From: Squalus acanthias
Lineage: Eukaryota
NCBI GenBank assembly: GCA_030390025.1
Contig: CM059432.1
Coordinates: 119,228,001-119,292,000 of the forward strand
DNA length: 64,000 nucleotides
Direction of reading: 5' to 3'
Below the pieces are notes generated by a model, which saw only the letters and a list, made by a program, of their open reading frames with translations, ran no database searches and had not been told where the DNA came from. Within the stretch, counting starts at the first letter, position 1. Each line of letters starts with the position of its first letter. Of the stretch, positions 50,242 to 61,070 are shown piece by piece. The position numbers and the translations under genes are program-made.

Positions 50242-50724
50242 GACAATAGCAAAATACTGCGGATGCTGGAAATCTGAAATAACAACAGAAAATGCTGGAA
50301 ACACTCAGCAGGTCAGGCAGCATCCTTGGAGAGAGAAACAGAGTTAACGTTTCAGGTCGATGACCCTTCGTCAGAACTGGAAAAGGTTAGAGATATAACA
50401 AATTTTAAGCAGGTGTAGAGGCAGGGAAAGGGGAGAGGGGAGGAAAGAACAAAAGGGATAGTTTGTTCTAGAGTGGAAGGCAGGAGTGTTTAAATGCTGC
50501 AAATGGGGATGGCAGAATCATCAATAGCTGCTGCCTGAAAAAATAGGGGCAGAGGTTAAAGTCTGAAACTGTTGAACTCAATGTTGAGTCCAGAAGGCTG
50601 TAAAGTGCCTAATAGAAAGATGTGGTGCTGTTCCTCGAGCTTATGTTGAGCTTCATTGTAACAATGTAAGAGGCCGAGGACAGAAAGGTCAGAGTGGGAG
50701 TGGAGCGGAGAATTAAAGTGACAA
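50242..50724 (-). mobile_element. Penelope 3' fragment (pLTR + end of GIY-YIG ORF)
   Basis: Homologous to 47510-48074; 12-bp TSD GCTTATTCTCTG (50230-50241, 50725-50736). Confidence 0.88.
50341..50379 (-). ncRNA. Minimal hammerhead ribozyme (Penelope pLTR)
   Basis: rc: CAGTT-CTGACGA-AGGGTCATCGACCT-GAAA-CGTTAACTC. Confidence 0.8.
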
Positions 50725-50797
50725 GCTTATTCTCTGTGTTTCCTGTACGAGGACACCTAAATCTCTCTGAACACCAACATTTAGTAGTTTCTCACCT

Positions 50798-51170
50798 GCT
50801 ACAGGCAGACCTGCAGCCTCAGTCCAGGAGAGGACGACATTGCCAGTGGCTGTAAAGGTGACTGTGTCCTTGAACCCCTTTGCATCGGGCTCCTTCCACG
50901 CTGGAGCAGGTGACAGCTGTAACATCTCCTAGTTCACCATCCACTCCTGTATAAGAGAGGTGAGTGAGGCTCTGTATGCAAAGAAAGCTGAATACATTTC
51001 ATTCTCTCTCGCCAGAGAGAAGCGGCTTCACCAGGATAGCAGGCTTCCCCATGGTGCCATTGACTGCACACATGTCGCTTTGCGGGCGTTGTATCTCAAT
51101 TCAGAGATGTACAGCAACCAGAAGGGATTCCACTCCCTCAATGTCCAGCTGGTGAGCGACCATACTCAGC
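50798..51170 (+). pseudogene. Isolated internal Harbinger transposase fragment inside CR1
   Basis: Encodes LPVAVKVT..LN.FASGSF..GAGD..NIS..., GAIDCTHVAL, NQKGFHSLNVQLV; no TIRs; homologous to 52338-52466 + 54899-55172. Confidence 0.8.
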
Positions 51171-52466
51171 TAAACCATACTAAAAAATATTCTGTTTTTC
51201 TATTCTTCCTACCAAAGTGAATAACCTCACATAACTTAACAAACGCCACGAATGTGTCATATATACTTGCTTAATGACGTATTTGGGATATTCTATATTT
51301 AGGCAAACCATGATGAGAGAGCTTGCCTAAAGTATTATCATGTTACATACAGAAATACAAGACATAACTAACACCATGGATTCACTTACTATATACATTG
51401 ATTTGTGATACTACAGAGCCCGTGCTTATACAACTGACGGCAAAAGAAATTATTGGTATGGAGGTAATTATTGCATTGAGGCTCACCCACTTATTTGACT
51501 GTATGGTTCATTGCTCACAATGCAAAATAGCCTCAAAAATATGTGCTTATATAAGAACAAAATGTGCAATGCTGAACAATATTAAGAAACATTCTTCAGT
51601 TGGGTATGCCTTAGTAGGAGGAAGTTTTGGGTCGAAAATGGCGTACGCGCAACGTGCGCACATTTCTGGTGCGGGCCATGCCAGACGCCATTTTTGTGAG
51701 GGCATTAGCATCGGGGGTGGGAGCGTGCACTGTTAGTATGCAGAGTACGCAGATCGTGACATCAATCAACGTGTAACACCGATTTGACGCCAGCGCTGAC
51801 ATTTTGGATCACAATGCTGGAGCTAACGCCCTCTCTTAACCTCCGACAGCTGAACATGTGTTCAGCAGCAGGAAGGACCCCCCACGAGCATTTTTTAAAG
51901 GGATCATCAGCTACTTACAGGTTAGTTGCTGATTGATTTCTGCTAGCTTCTGTTGAGTTTATAGAAGTGTTTGGTGCAATTTAGACGTCTTTAAAGTTGC
52001 CTAAACTCTACAAGGAGTGGTGCGGCACAAGCTCAAGGACTTGGTACTGACTTGCAAGGATTTTGCTCAGAACAGCTGCTCCAGACATGGGTGCAGTATT
52101 TTGTATCCTCCTTGGTCTGCAGCATGACCGGGAGAATGAGCAGAGGCGACACAGAGGAGGACAAGCTGCTCGAAGAGGGAGGAGGGAGGAGGAGGAGGGG
52201 GAGAAGGGCTCTCAGCAGGAGACCATATCCACCCAGGGTCTTCAGGGAGTAATTCTCCTCCCTCAAACTCAGCGACAAACAGTGTGTGCGATGTCTCCAT
52301 TTTAACTAAGGAGGTGCTCACAGAAATCTGCCCCCTGCTGCAGGCAGACCTGCAGCCCTCAGTCCAGGATGAAGACAGCATTGCCAATGACTGTAAAGGT
52401 GAAAGTGGCCTTAAACTCCTTCGCGTATGGCTCCTTCCAGGCTGGAGCAGGTGACATTTGTAACAT

Positions 52467-54898
52467 AGAGTCATAGAATCATAGGGGGAAAAATTCAGTT
52501 GGTTGCGCCTCCCGTTAGCACCTTAAGAGGGTGCTAATGGGGCGCAACGCAACTAGCGCCTGTGCGCGTCGATGTTTGCGCCGCTCACGAAATTAACTAG
52601 ACATTTTGCGGTGGCGCTAAACACTACCGCCACGATCTCCTGCGCCGGCGGATCGTGACGTCAGTCGAGTGCGCAACGCCCTGGTAGCGCCCCGGAGCGG
52701 ATATTGAGTGGCGCCCGCTGCCTTACTGCCTGCCGCTAGCAACGACAGGTTGAGGGGAGCGTTTTGCAGTCAGGAAGGGACTGGGGGAGCGCTATTTAAA
52801 GGCGACCGCTTCCTGCCTTTTTTTGTTGGTGACATTTTTGCACCATGCATTCTGAGAGAGAGAGACAGACTTCTGGTGAGATTCAACGCTGTGTGAAGGA
52901 GTTTTGGGTACTGAGCAGCACTTTGCAGGTTCATTTTGATTTGCCCTTCCTTGTATCGATTTAGAAGAGACTGTGGGGGCTGCACTCTGAGCTATTTCCG
53001 TGGTTCTCTCCATTGTTCTTTCCAGCAGATTTGATGTACAGTTCTCTCCAGGCCGAGATTCAAGGCTGCAATGAGCAGGATGTGGATGGAGAGCAAGATC
53101 AACCCTCCCCTTTAAGAATTGGCTGGCGCCATTGTGTCTGTGTCCCATTACTGACTGACATCACATGAGCTTCGCAAGTGCTCTGAGGTAGCACCTCCCT
53201 CCTCGGCCTTTGCGTCTTAAGACAGTTGTGAAGTGTCTGATTTAGCGCTCCAATCACCTCCAGGGGCGATAAAAGCCGAAGTTTGCAGCCGGAAGGCGAT
53301 AATTAGCGCCAGGCGCTAATCTTTGCGCCCGGCCGATAATTGCGCCCCAAATGGGGCAATACTGAATTTCTCCCCCATAGAGTCATAACAGCACAGAAGG
53401 AGGCCCATCGAGTCCATGCTGGCTCTCTGTAGAGCAATCCAGTTAGTCCCAATTCCCCACTCTATTCCCATAGCCCTGCAAGTTTATTTCCCTCAATTGC
53501 CTATCCAGTCTCCCCTTGAAAACATTCAGTGTCTCCGCTTCCACCACTTCCGTCGGCAGCAAATTCCAGGTCATCACCACTCGCTGTGTAAAAAAGTTTT
53601 TCCTCACACACCCCCTGTATCTCTTGCCTAAAACCTTAAATCTGTGTCCCGTAGCCCTTGTACCATCAACTAGTGGGAACAACCTTTCCCCATCTAGCCT
53701 ATCCAAACCCGTCATAATCTTGTACACCTCTATCAAATCACCCCTCAACCTCCTTTGCTCTAATGAAAACAAATCCAGCTTCTCCAACCTGTCCTTGTAG
53801 CTAAGATCCCCCATCCCCAGAACAATTCTGGTAAATCTCCTCTGCACCCTCTCAAGGGCCTTCACATCCTTCCTAAAGTGTGGCACCCAGGACTGGACGC
53901 AATACTCCAGTTGTGGCCTAACCAGCGCTTTATAAAGGTTCAGCATAACTTCTCTACTTTTGTACTCAATACCTCTATTTATGAAGCCCAAGATCCCATA
54001 TGCTTTGTTAGCCATTCTCTCAATATGTCCCGCCACCTTCAGGGCCCTATGCACATTAATTCCCAGGTCCCTCTGTCCTTGCACACTCTTTAAAACTGTG
54101 CCATTAAGTGTATATTGCCTCTCCCAGTTCCTTCTGCCTAAATGCATCACCTCACTTGTCTGCCCATTCTGCTAGCCTTTCTATGTCCTGTTGCAGTCGA
54201 TTGGTATCATCATCACTGTTTGCCACACCCCCAAGTTTGGTGTCATCGGCAAATTTAGAAATTCTACTCTGTATTCCGATATCCAGGTCATTTATATATA
54301 TATATATATCAAAAAAAGCAGTGGCCCCAGCACTGACCCTTGGGGAACACCACTGTCTACCTTCCTCCAGTGGTACTTTGTCAAAAGCCTTCCAAAAATC
54401 CATGTAGACAACACCCATTGCATTCCCTTCATCAATTATCTCTGTTACTTCATCAAAAAATTTAATTAGATTAGTCAAACACGGTCTTCCTTTTACAAAC
54501 CCGTGTTGGCTCTCCTTAATTAGCCTAAACCTCTCCAAATGCCCGTTAATGTTTTCCTTGATTATTGTTTCTAAAACTTTACCCACCACTGATGTTAAGC
54601 TGAGTGGCCTGTAGTTACTAGGATTGTCCTTACACCCTTTCTTGAACAATGGTGTCACATTTGCCACTTTCCAATCCTCAGGCACCTCCCCCACATCGAG
54701 GGAAATTGGAAAATTATGGCATGCCCTTCCGCTATCTCCTCCCCCAATTCCCTTAGCAACCTGGGATGCAAGCCATCTGGACCAGGCGACTTGTCCACTC
54801 TAAGCATACCAAGCCTTTCTATTACATCCTTTCTATCAATTTTCACCCCTTCCATTGCTTCTACCTTTTCCACTTCTACTGATATTTTGTCAGCATCC
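52467..54898 (-). mobile_element. CR1 LINE (distinct subfamily), 5'-truncated, inserted in the Harbinger transposase
   Basis: KSPGPDGLHPRLL, DWKVANVTPLFKKG, KFADDTKLGG, LVRPQLEYC; (CATAGART)n tail; AACAT on both sides (possible TSD). Confidence 0.92.
52484..53376. mobile_element. Harbinger-type MITE inserted in a CR1 microsatellite tail
   Basis: TIRs GGGGGAAAAATTCAGT / ACTGAATTTCTCCCCC; TSD ATA; same family as 59794-60687. Confidence 0.9.
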
Positions 54899-57803
54899 AA
54901 CATCTCCCAGTTCATCGTCAACTCCTGTATAAGAGAGGTGAGTGAGGCTCTGTATGCAGGGAGAGCTGAATACATTTAATTCTCTCTTGCCAGAGAAAAG
55001 CAGGCGGAGCGAGCACGCGGCTTTACCAGGATAGCAGGCTTCCCCATGGTGCAGGGTGTCATTGACTGTACACACATTGCTTTGTGGGCGCTGCATCTCA
55101 ATTCAGAGATGTACCGCAACCAGAAGGGATACCACTCCCTCAATGTCCAGCTGGTGAGCGACCATACTCAGCACATCAAACAAGTCAATGCTCGGTATCC
55201 TGGCAGCATCATGATGTCTTCATTCTGCGGCAGTCCGCTGTACCATCTGCATTTGAACCACCATGACAAAACATAGGGTGGCTACTGGGTGACAAGGGCT
55301 ATCCGCTGACCACCTGGCTCATGACTCTGCTGCACTGTCATATGGAATCTGATAGAGCAGAGCATTGGCATCCTTAAACAACGTTTCTGCTGCTTGGACC
55401 ACTCTGGAGGAGCCCTGTAATACTTGCCACAGTGCATCTCAAGATTCGTCATGGTCTGCTGCATGCTCCACAACCTCGCCATCTTGAGGGCATAGACCTC
55501 GCCACCAGGCATACGGTGACCAGATGAGGAAGAGGAGGAGGAGGAGGAGGAGGAAGAGGAGAAGGAGGAGGAGGAGGAAGCGGAAGAAGAGGAGGAATGG
55601 AGGAGGGAACCCTTTCTGCCCGAGCTGTCCGTGATCGACTCATCCAATTGTGGTACCAGTGAACGCAACCCCAATTCCCCACTCACCAATAGTCCCACAC
55701 CTTACCTTCCCTCTTTTACTGACCATCACAGTGTCCTCTTGGCCACAATGGGGGAGAATGCAGATGGCCTTGCAATACGGCCTCGAGCAGCTCTGGGCCT
55801 AGTAGGCCCGGCTTTGTACTGCACCACCTCAGTATGGGCAGCAGCAGTCTGGGCCGGCTGGCTGATAGGCAACAGCAAGGCCACTAGTGGAGTGGCAGGG
55901 GTGGGAGGATGAATGCTGTCACCCTGAGAGAGGACAACATGTTTGTCCTCCACGGAGCCACTGCACCTCCCCGGGGCAGCGCCTCAGCAATCCAATAATC
56001 TGCTGGAGGACAGAGTGCTGGACTGCTGTGAGACCCTGCAAGCCTTTTTCAACACTGGTAACCGCAGCCATGATGGCAACAAACTGAGCTTGGATGACTT
56101 CAGTCTGGGCTTCCACTGCAGCACTCAGATGTTGGGTGGCTTGTGCTTGTGCTCCAATGGAAGCTGCGACATCAGCCATCAGACGCTGCATCACGGTTGG
56201 GTCCACAAGTGCAGGATCTGCCCACCCCTTCCATGCTGGATAGGATGGGGTCCAAGCTCTGTGCAAAGCCCTGTACAAGGTTGGAGCCAGAATCCTGCAT
56301 GCTCCTTTACATTGCATTCAGGCTTTCTGACAGGCCTGGCAATGCACCAAGCAATTTGTTGTGCAAAAACCCATCAGCTTTGTTCTGTAGGCCGCCCCAT
56401 CAAAGTCCTCACCTGAGTCCTGTGCAGCAGAACTACTGTGTAACCTCACCCTCCGGGGAGCTGGTATCTGCGCTATCCTTTCCCCCTGCCGTGGCTGCAG
56501 CCCACTCATGCCTGTTGTCTCACCACATGCAGATCCCGCCTCTAAGCTACCCTCTAAAGCTCGCGCAGTGCCAGTATCTGAGCTGGTGGCTGCGAGTGTG
56601 AGATTGAGTGAGGGTGCTTCTTCTTCATTATCACTCTCCTCTTCCTCTTCCTCTTCTACCATTACCTGGCTATGTTGGATTTCTTGGGTCTCTGAAAGGA
56701 GAAATGCACAAGTGTAGGGTTGTGGTGACAGGCGGGGGCGTGTAAGTCACAAGAGGTAGTGGGATGAGGGGGAAGTGGGATGTGAGAAGGAGGATTCAGT
56801 CTAAGCATACCTTCATCTTCAATGGTTTCAGCTCTGCCGCTGTCCACGGCCTCAGTCACAGCCACTTCAGTTATGCCAAGCACTGTCTCCTCAAGCGGGG
56901 CCAGAATATGGAGGTACGCCTGTCCCCCTCCAGTTAACTGCTGCTGCCTATGATTGTGTGCCACCTTGTGCTGCAAGAGAGAGAGAAGTGTGTCAGTGAG
57001 TGTGCTTCAATGTGTTTGGCTGATGTGGCTGTCATGGTTGAATAGCTGGCAGTGTGTGCAAGCTGCGAGATGTGAGTGTGAGGCTTGGAGCAATGGTAAG
57101 TGTTTGAGGGTGAGATGGAGCATATGAATGTGAGGTATGAGTCGTGATTGATAGAGATTGTTGGTAGGTGAGTAATGGGGGTGTGATGAATTGAGGAGTG
57201 TGTGAGGCTAGTGGTGCAGTTGGTGTGATATGGCATGTGAAGATGCATTCACTGATCCTGACCACTCGTGTGAGGGCATTAAACTTCTTCCGACACAGCA
57301 TCCAGGTCCTTGGGGCTGCACTCCTGGCATTAACCTCTGCGGCTATCTGTTCCCATTGCCTTCTCATTGTGTGTCTGGAGGGCCTCCTGTCCCCCTGTGG
57401 AAACATGACTTCTCTCAACCTCTCCACTTCCTGTACTAAGGCCTCCAGTGCTGTGTCTGAGAATTTTAGAGCCCTCTCTCTGGCCTGTTGCACCATTGCT
57501 GGATGTTTCCCAGTTGAAACTGCCTTCTGGAATGACTTCTAGCACCTGGTCTTGTTAAACTGCACCTCCCCCTTAAGAAGTGCAGGCTAGCTTTAATTGG
57601 TGCTAACCTCGCACAAACTTGGGCCGCCTGCTGAGCATGCAGCCACTCAGCAGCGCGTTTAGCACTGGGCTGCACACCGCTATCATTTAAATTAGCAGGC
57701 AGCACTACGTTTGCGTACTGCCTGCCTTACTTTGAACGGGCACGGGTTAATCGTGCACCGCGACCCCCGCATTCTTTTTCAGGGGCTGTCGAATATTTAG
57801 CCC

Positions 57804-58185
57804 AAGAATCTTAAAATTGAGGGGTTGCTGGACCAGGAGCCAATGTAGGTCAATGAGCACAGGGGTGATGGGTGATGGTGTGAGTAAGGATACGGGCAGC
57901 AGAGTTTTGAATGAGCTCAAGTTTATGTAGGGTGGAAGATGGGAGGCCGGCCAGGAGAGCTTTGGAATAGTCAAGTCTAGAGGTAACAAAGCCATGGATG
58001 AGGGTTTCAGCAGCTGATGAGCTGAGGCAGGGGCGGAGACGTGCGACGTTACAGAGATGGAAGTAGGCGGCCTTGGTGTTTGAGCGGATATATAGTCGGA
58101 AGCTCATCTCGAGGTTAAATACGACACCAAGGTTGTGAATGTTTTGGTTCAGCATCAGACAGTTGCCAGGGAGAGGGATGAAGTC
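57804..58185 (-). mobile_element. L2 LINE RT C-terminal fragment
   Basis: NLGVVF...AYFHL.NVARLRPCLS..AAETLIHGFVTSRLDYS.ALLAGLP...KLELIQNSAARILT. Confidence 0.9.
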
Positions 58186-59793
58186 ACAAACACAACTCTT
58201 TCCAATTGCAAGCGTTTGTTCTGGTGATGTACGTATATTCCAGCAACTATATAATGCCATTGAGTTTCCTACTTATGCGTTCTTATTCTTGGAAAACAGG
58301 TATGGAAATCTGTCATTCAAAGCTAAACTAACTGTCACAATTACATATAGTAAAGCGCCTAAAACCTACAATTTATTTGCAGCAACATGCCAAAAGCACA
58401 GAAGAGCAAAGAGTAATTATCGTCTTTACTGCTACGACAACTCAATGACAAATGTCTGGATATTTTGTTGAAAATGACTAATTCCACGTTTACCTTCTAA
58501 CATGTAAGCAGTTTACAAGACTTTAATTATCAGATGGAACAGTTTGAATTTTTCTTGAATGTAATATTCTGCACACTACATAAAAGCTCTGCTGATTACA
58601 TCAATTGTCAGAACAAATAAAAGTAAACTATGCTTTAGCTGGCACTAGTGGAAATGTTCACTCCTGCAGAGAAAGAAGAAATCTGGTTGATTTTCATACC
58701 AGAAAACATATACTTGATTCTTTTTGAGTCGAGCTTTAAAGTATGCCCTGAGAAATCAGCAGCACAGAAGGCGGAAATGTATGCAATATTAATGCACTTT
58801 ATAAATATCTCCATAGCTTAGGGATGAAATGTTGATTGCAAATTCCAATTCTTTGTAATAGGTATTAACATTGTCCTCTCAGTGTGAACGATAAACAGAT
58901 AATAAGAACCAGACTCCATGCTAAAAATCTAGACACAGCAGGATGTCTCTCACCACCAAAAGAACCACCCATCTGGCCAACACCTTCTGAAGTATGATGT
59001 CCAGAACCACTACTTCAAAGATTTTACCACTTGGCTTTGCCAGAAAGCCCCACCTTCCTCTCAGCAGTGGTATGACTTTAAGGAAATCAGCAGCCATTTA
59101 AGAGTTGCTGGGGGCAAAACTGGGCTCAGCAGTGCCTGCTTTTTCGGCACTACAAAGCCCAAACTTAGTCAACTTAGGGTTTCAAAATGGCATACGCGGC
59201 GTGTGTGCACACTTCTGATGTGAAGTGCATCAGACGCTATATTGGTAAAGGGGTTAGCGCACGTTCACTTAACGTCCACCGTAAGTATGCAGAGTAGGCA
59301 GATTATGTCGTTAATCAGCGTGCAATGCTAATTTGACACCAGCGCTGCCATTTTGGAGTTCCATGTTCCAGCCTATGCCTTCTCTCAATCTCGCACAGCT
59401 GAACACAATGTTAAGCAGCATGAAGAACCCCCCACCAGCGCTATTTAAAGGGATCATCAACTAATTACAGGTTAGTTGCTGGTTGATTTCTTCTGGCTGT
59501 TGCTATAATTCTACATGTTTTTGCTGTTTTCTATAGTTGTTTCAAGTGTCAAAGTCTACAGGGAGTGGTGTGGCAGGTGCTGAAGGACTTTTTACTGACT
59601 ACAAGGCTTCTGCACAAACCAGTTGCTCTCAGACATGAGTGCACTAGTAGGCCTTCCCCTTGGAACAGAACATGACTGGGAGAATGAGCAGAGGCCACGC
59701 AGAGCAGGATAAGCTGCTAGCAGAGGGAAGAGGAGGATGGGGAAAAGGGCTCTCAGCAGGAGACCATATCTGCCCAGGGTGTTCAGGGAGCAA

Positions 59794-60687
59794 GGGGTAG
59801 AAATTAGGTCGCGCCCCATTTGGGGCGCAAATATCGTCCGGACGCAAATATTAGCGCCTGGCGCTAATTATCGGCACTGACGGGAAACTTCACTTTTACC
59901 GCCCCGGGAGGTGAGTGGAGTGCTAAAGCAGGCGCTGCACACCTCTCTTAAGGCGCAAAGGCCAAGGAGTGAGGCGCTAACTCGGAGCGCTGGCGAAGCT
60001 CATGTAATGTCAGTCAGCAATAGAACACACACACAATGGCACGGGCCAGTTCTTAAAGGGGATGGTTAATCTTGCTTTCCATCCACATCCTGTTCATTGC
60101 TGCCTTGAATCTCGGCCTGGAGAGACTTGCACATCAAATGTGCTGGAAAGAACAATGGAGAGCACCAGGCAAAGAGCTCAGAGTGCAGCTCCCACGGTCT
60201 CTGCTAAATCGATACAAGGAATGGCAAATCAAAATTAACCTGCAAAGTGCTGCTCAGTACCCAAAACTCCTTCACACAACGTTGAATCTCTCCAGAAGTC
60301 TCTCCCTCTCTCTCTCAGAATGCGTAGTTCAAAAATGCCACCAACAATAAAAGACAGGCAGAGGCCCCCTTTAAATAGCGCCCCCCCCCAGCCCCACAGC
60401 GATTGATAGCGTTCCAGTCTTCTGGTCGTTGGAAGCGCCAGGCGGTAAGGCAGGGGGCGCCACTCAATTTCCGCTACGGGGCGCCCCAAGGGCGTTGCAC
60501 CATGGAATGACGTCACAATCTGCGCGCGCAGGTGGTCGCAGCGGTAAGTTTTAGCGCCGCCGCACAATCTCAAGTTAAGTTCTCGAGCGGCGCAAACATC
60601 GCTGCGCCCGGGCGTTAGCGGCTTTGCGCCCCATTAGCGCCCCCTTAAGGCGCTAACGGGTGGCGCAACCAAGTGAATTTTTACCCC
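59794..60687. mobile_element. Harbinger-type MITE inserted in the transposase gene
   Basis: TIRs GGGGTAGAAATT / AATTTTTACCCC; TSD CAA; reverse orientation relative to 52484-53376. Confidence 0.9.
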
Positions 60688-60954
60688 CAAGTCTCCTACC
60701 TGAACTTCAGCAACGATCAATGTTTGAGACGTCTGTGCTTCACTAAGGAAGTCGTCATTGAAATCTGCAAACTGCTGCAGCCACAACTCCAACCTCAGAG
60801 CAGGCCAAGGACTGCAGTGCCAGTGGCTGTGAAGGTGAACTTTTATGCGTCTGGCTCCTTCCAGGCTGCTGCTGGAGATATTAGCAACATCTCGCAGTTT
60901 GCAGTACACTGCTGCATTAGAGAGGTCACTGAAGCTCTCTATACAAAGAGAGAT

Positions 60955-61070
60955 ATTCCCACATTACAAAAGTGACTCCACTTCAAAAGTACTTCATTGG
61001 CTGTAAAGCGCTTTGAGACATCCGGTGGTCGTGAAAGGCGCTATATAAATGCAAGTCTTTCTTTCTTTTT
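60955..61070 (+). mobile_element. 3' end of a DeuSINE (L2-type tail) inserted in the transposase
   Basis: TTCCCACATTACAA..GTGACT..ACTTCAAAAGTACTTCATTGGCTGTAAAGCGCTTTG...GTGAAAGGCGCTATATAAATGCAAGTCTTTCTTT. Confidence 0.75.

Larger units (their letters stand above)
49558..51232 (-). mobile_element. CR1 LINE 3' fragment with two insertions
   Basis: YRALVRPHLEYCALFWSPYLRKD...; CR1 tail at 49558-49620; resumes at 50725-50797 and ~51180-51232. Confidence 0.9.
51616..57803. mobile_element. Decayed autonomous Harbinger (second family): transposase + strand (~52088-52466, 54899-55660), Myb/SANT - strand (~57496-55735, three exons)
   Basis: [50 protein letters not shown]; Myb exon 1 ERALKFSDTALEALVQEVE...WEQIAAEVNA...CRKKFNAL, exon 2 KVAHN.RQQQLTGGG. 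Many disablements; ends approximate. Confidence 0.85.

Noticed and set aside
55524..55600. (GAG)n microsatellite as an independent feature
   Set aside because: It is the expanded acidic C-terminal tail of the Harbinger transposase, as at 61680-61730.
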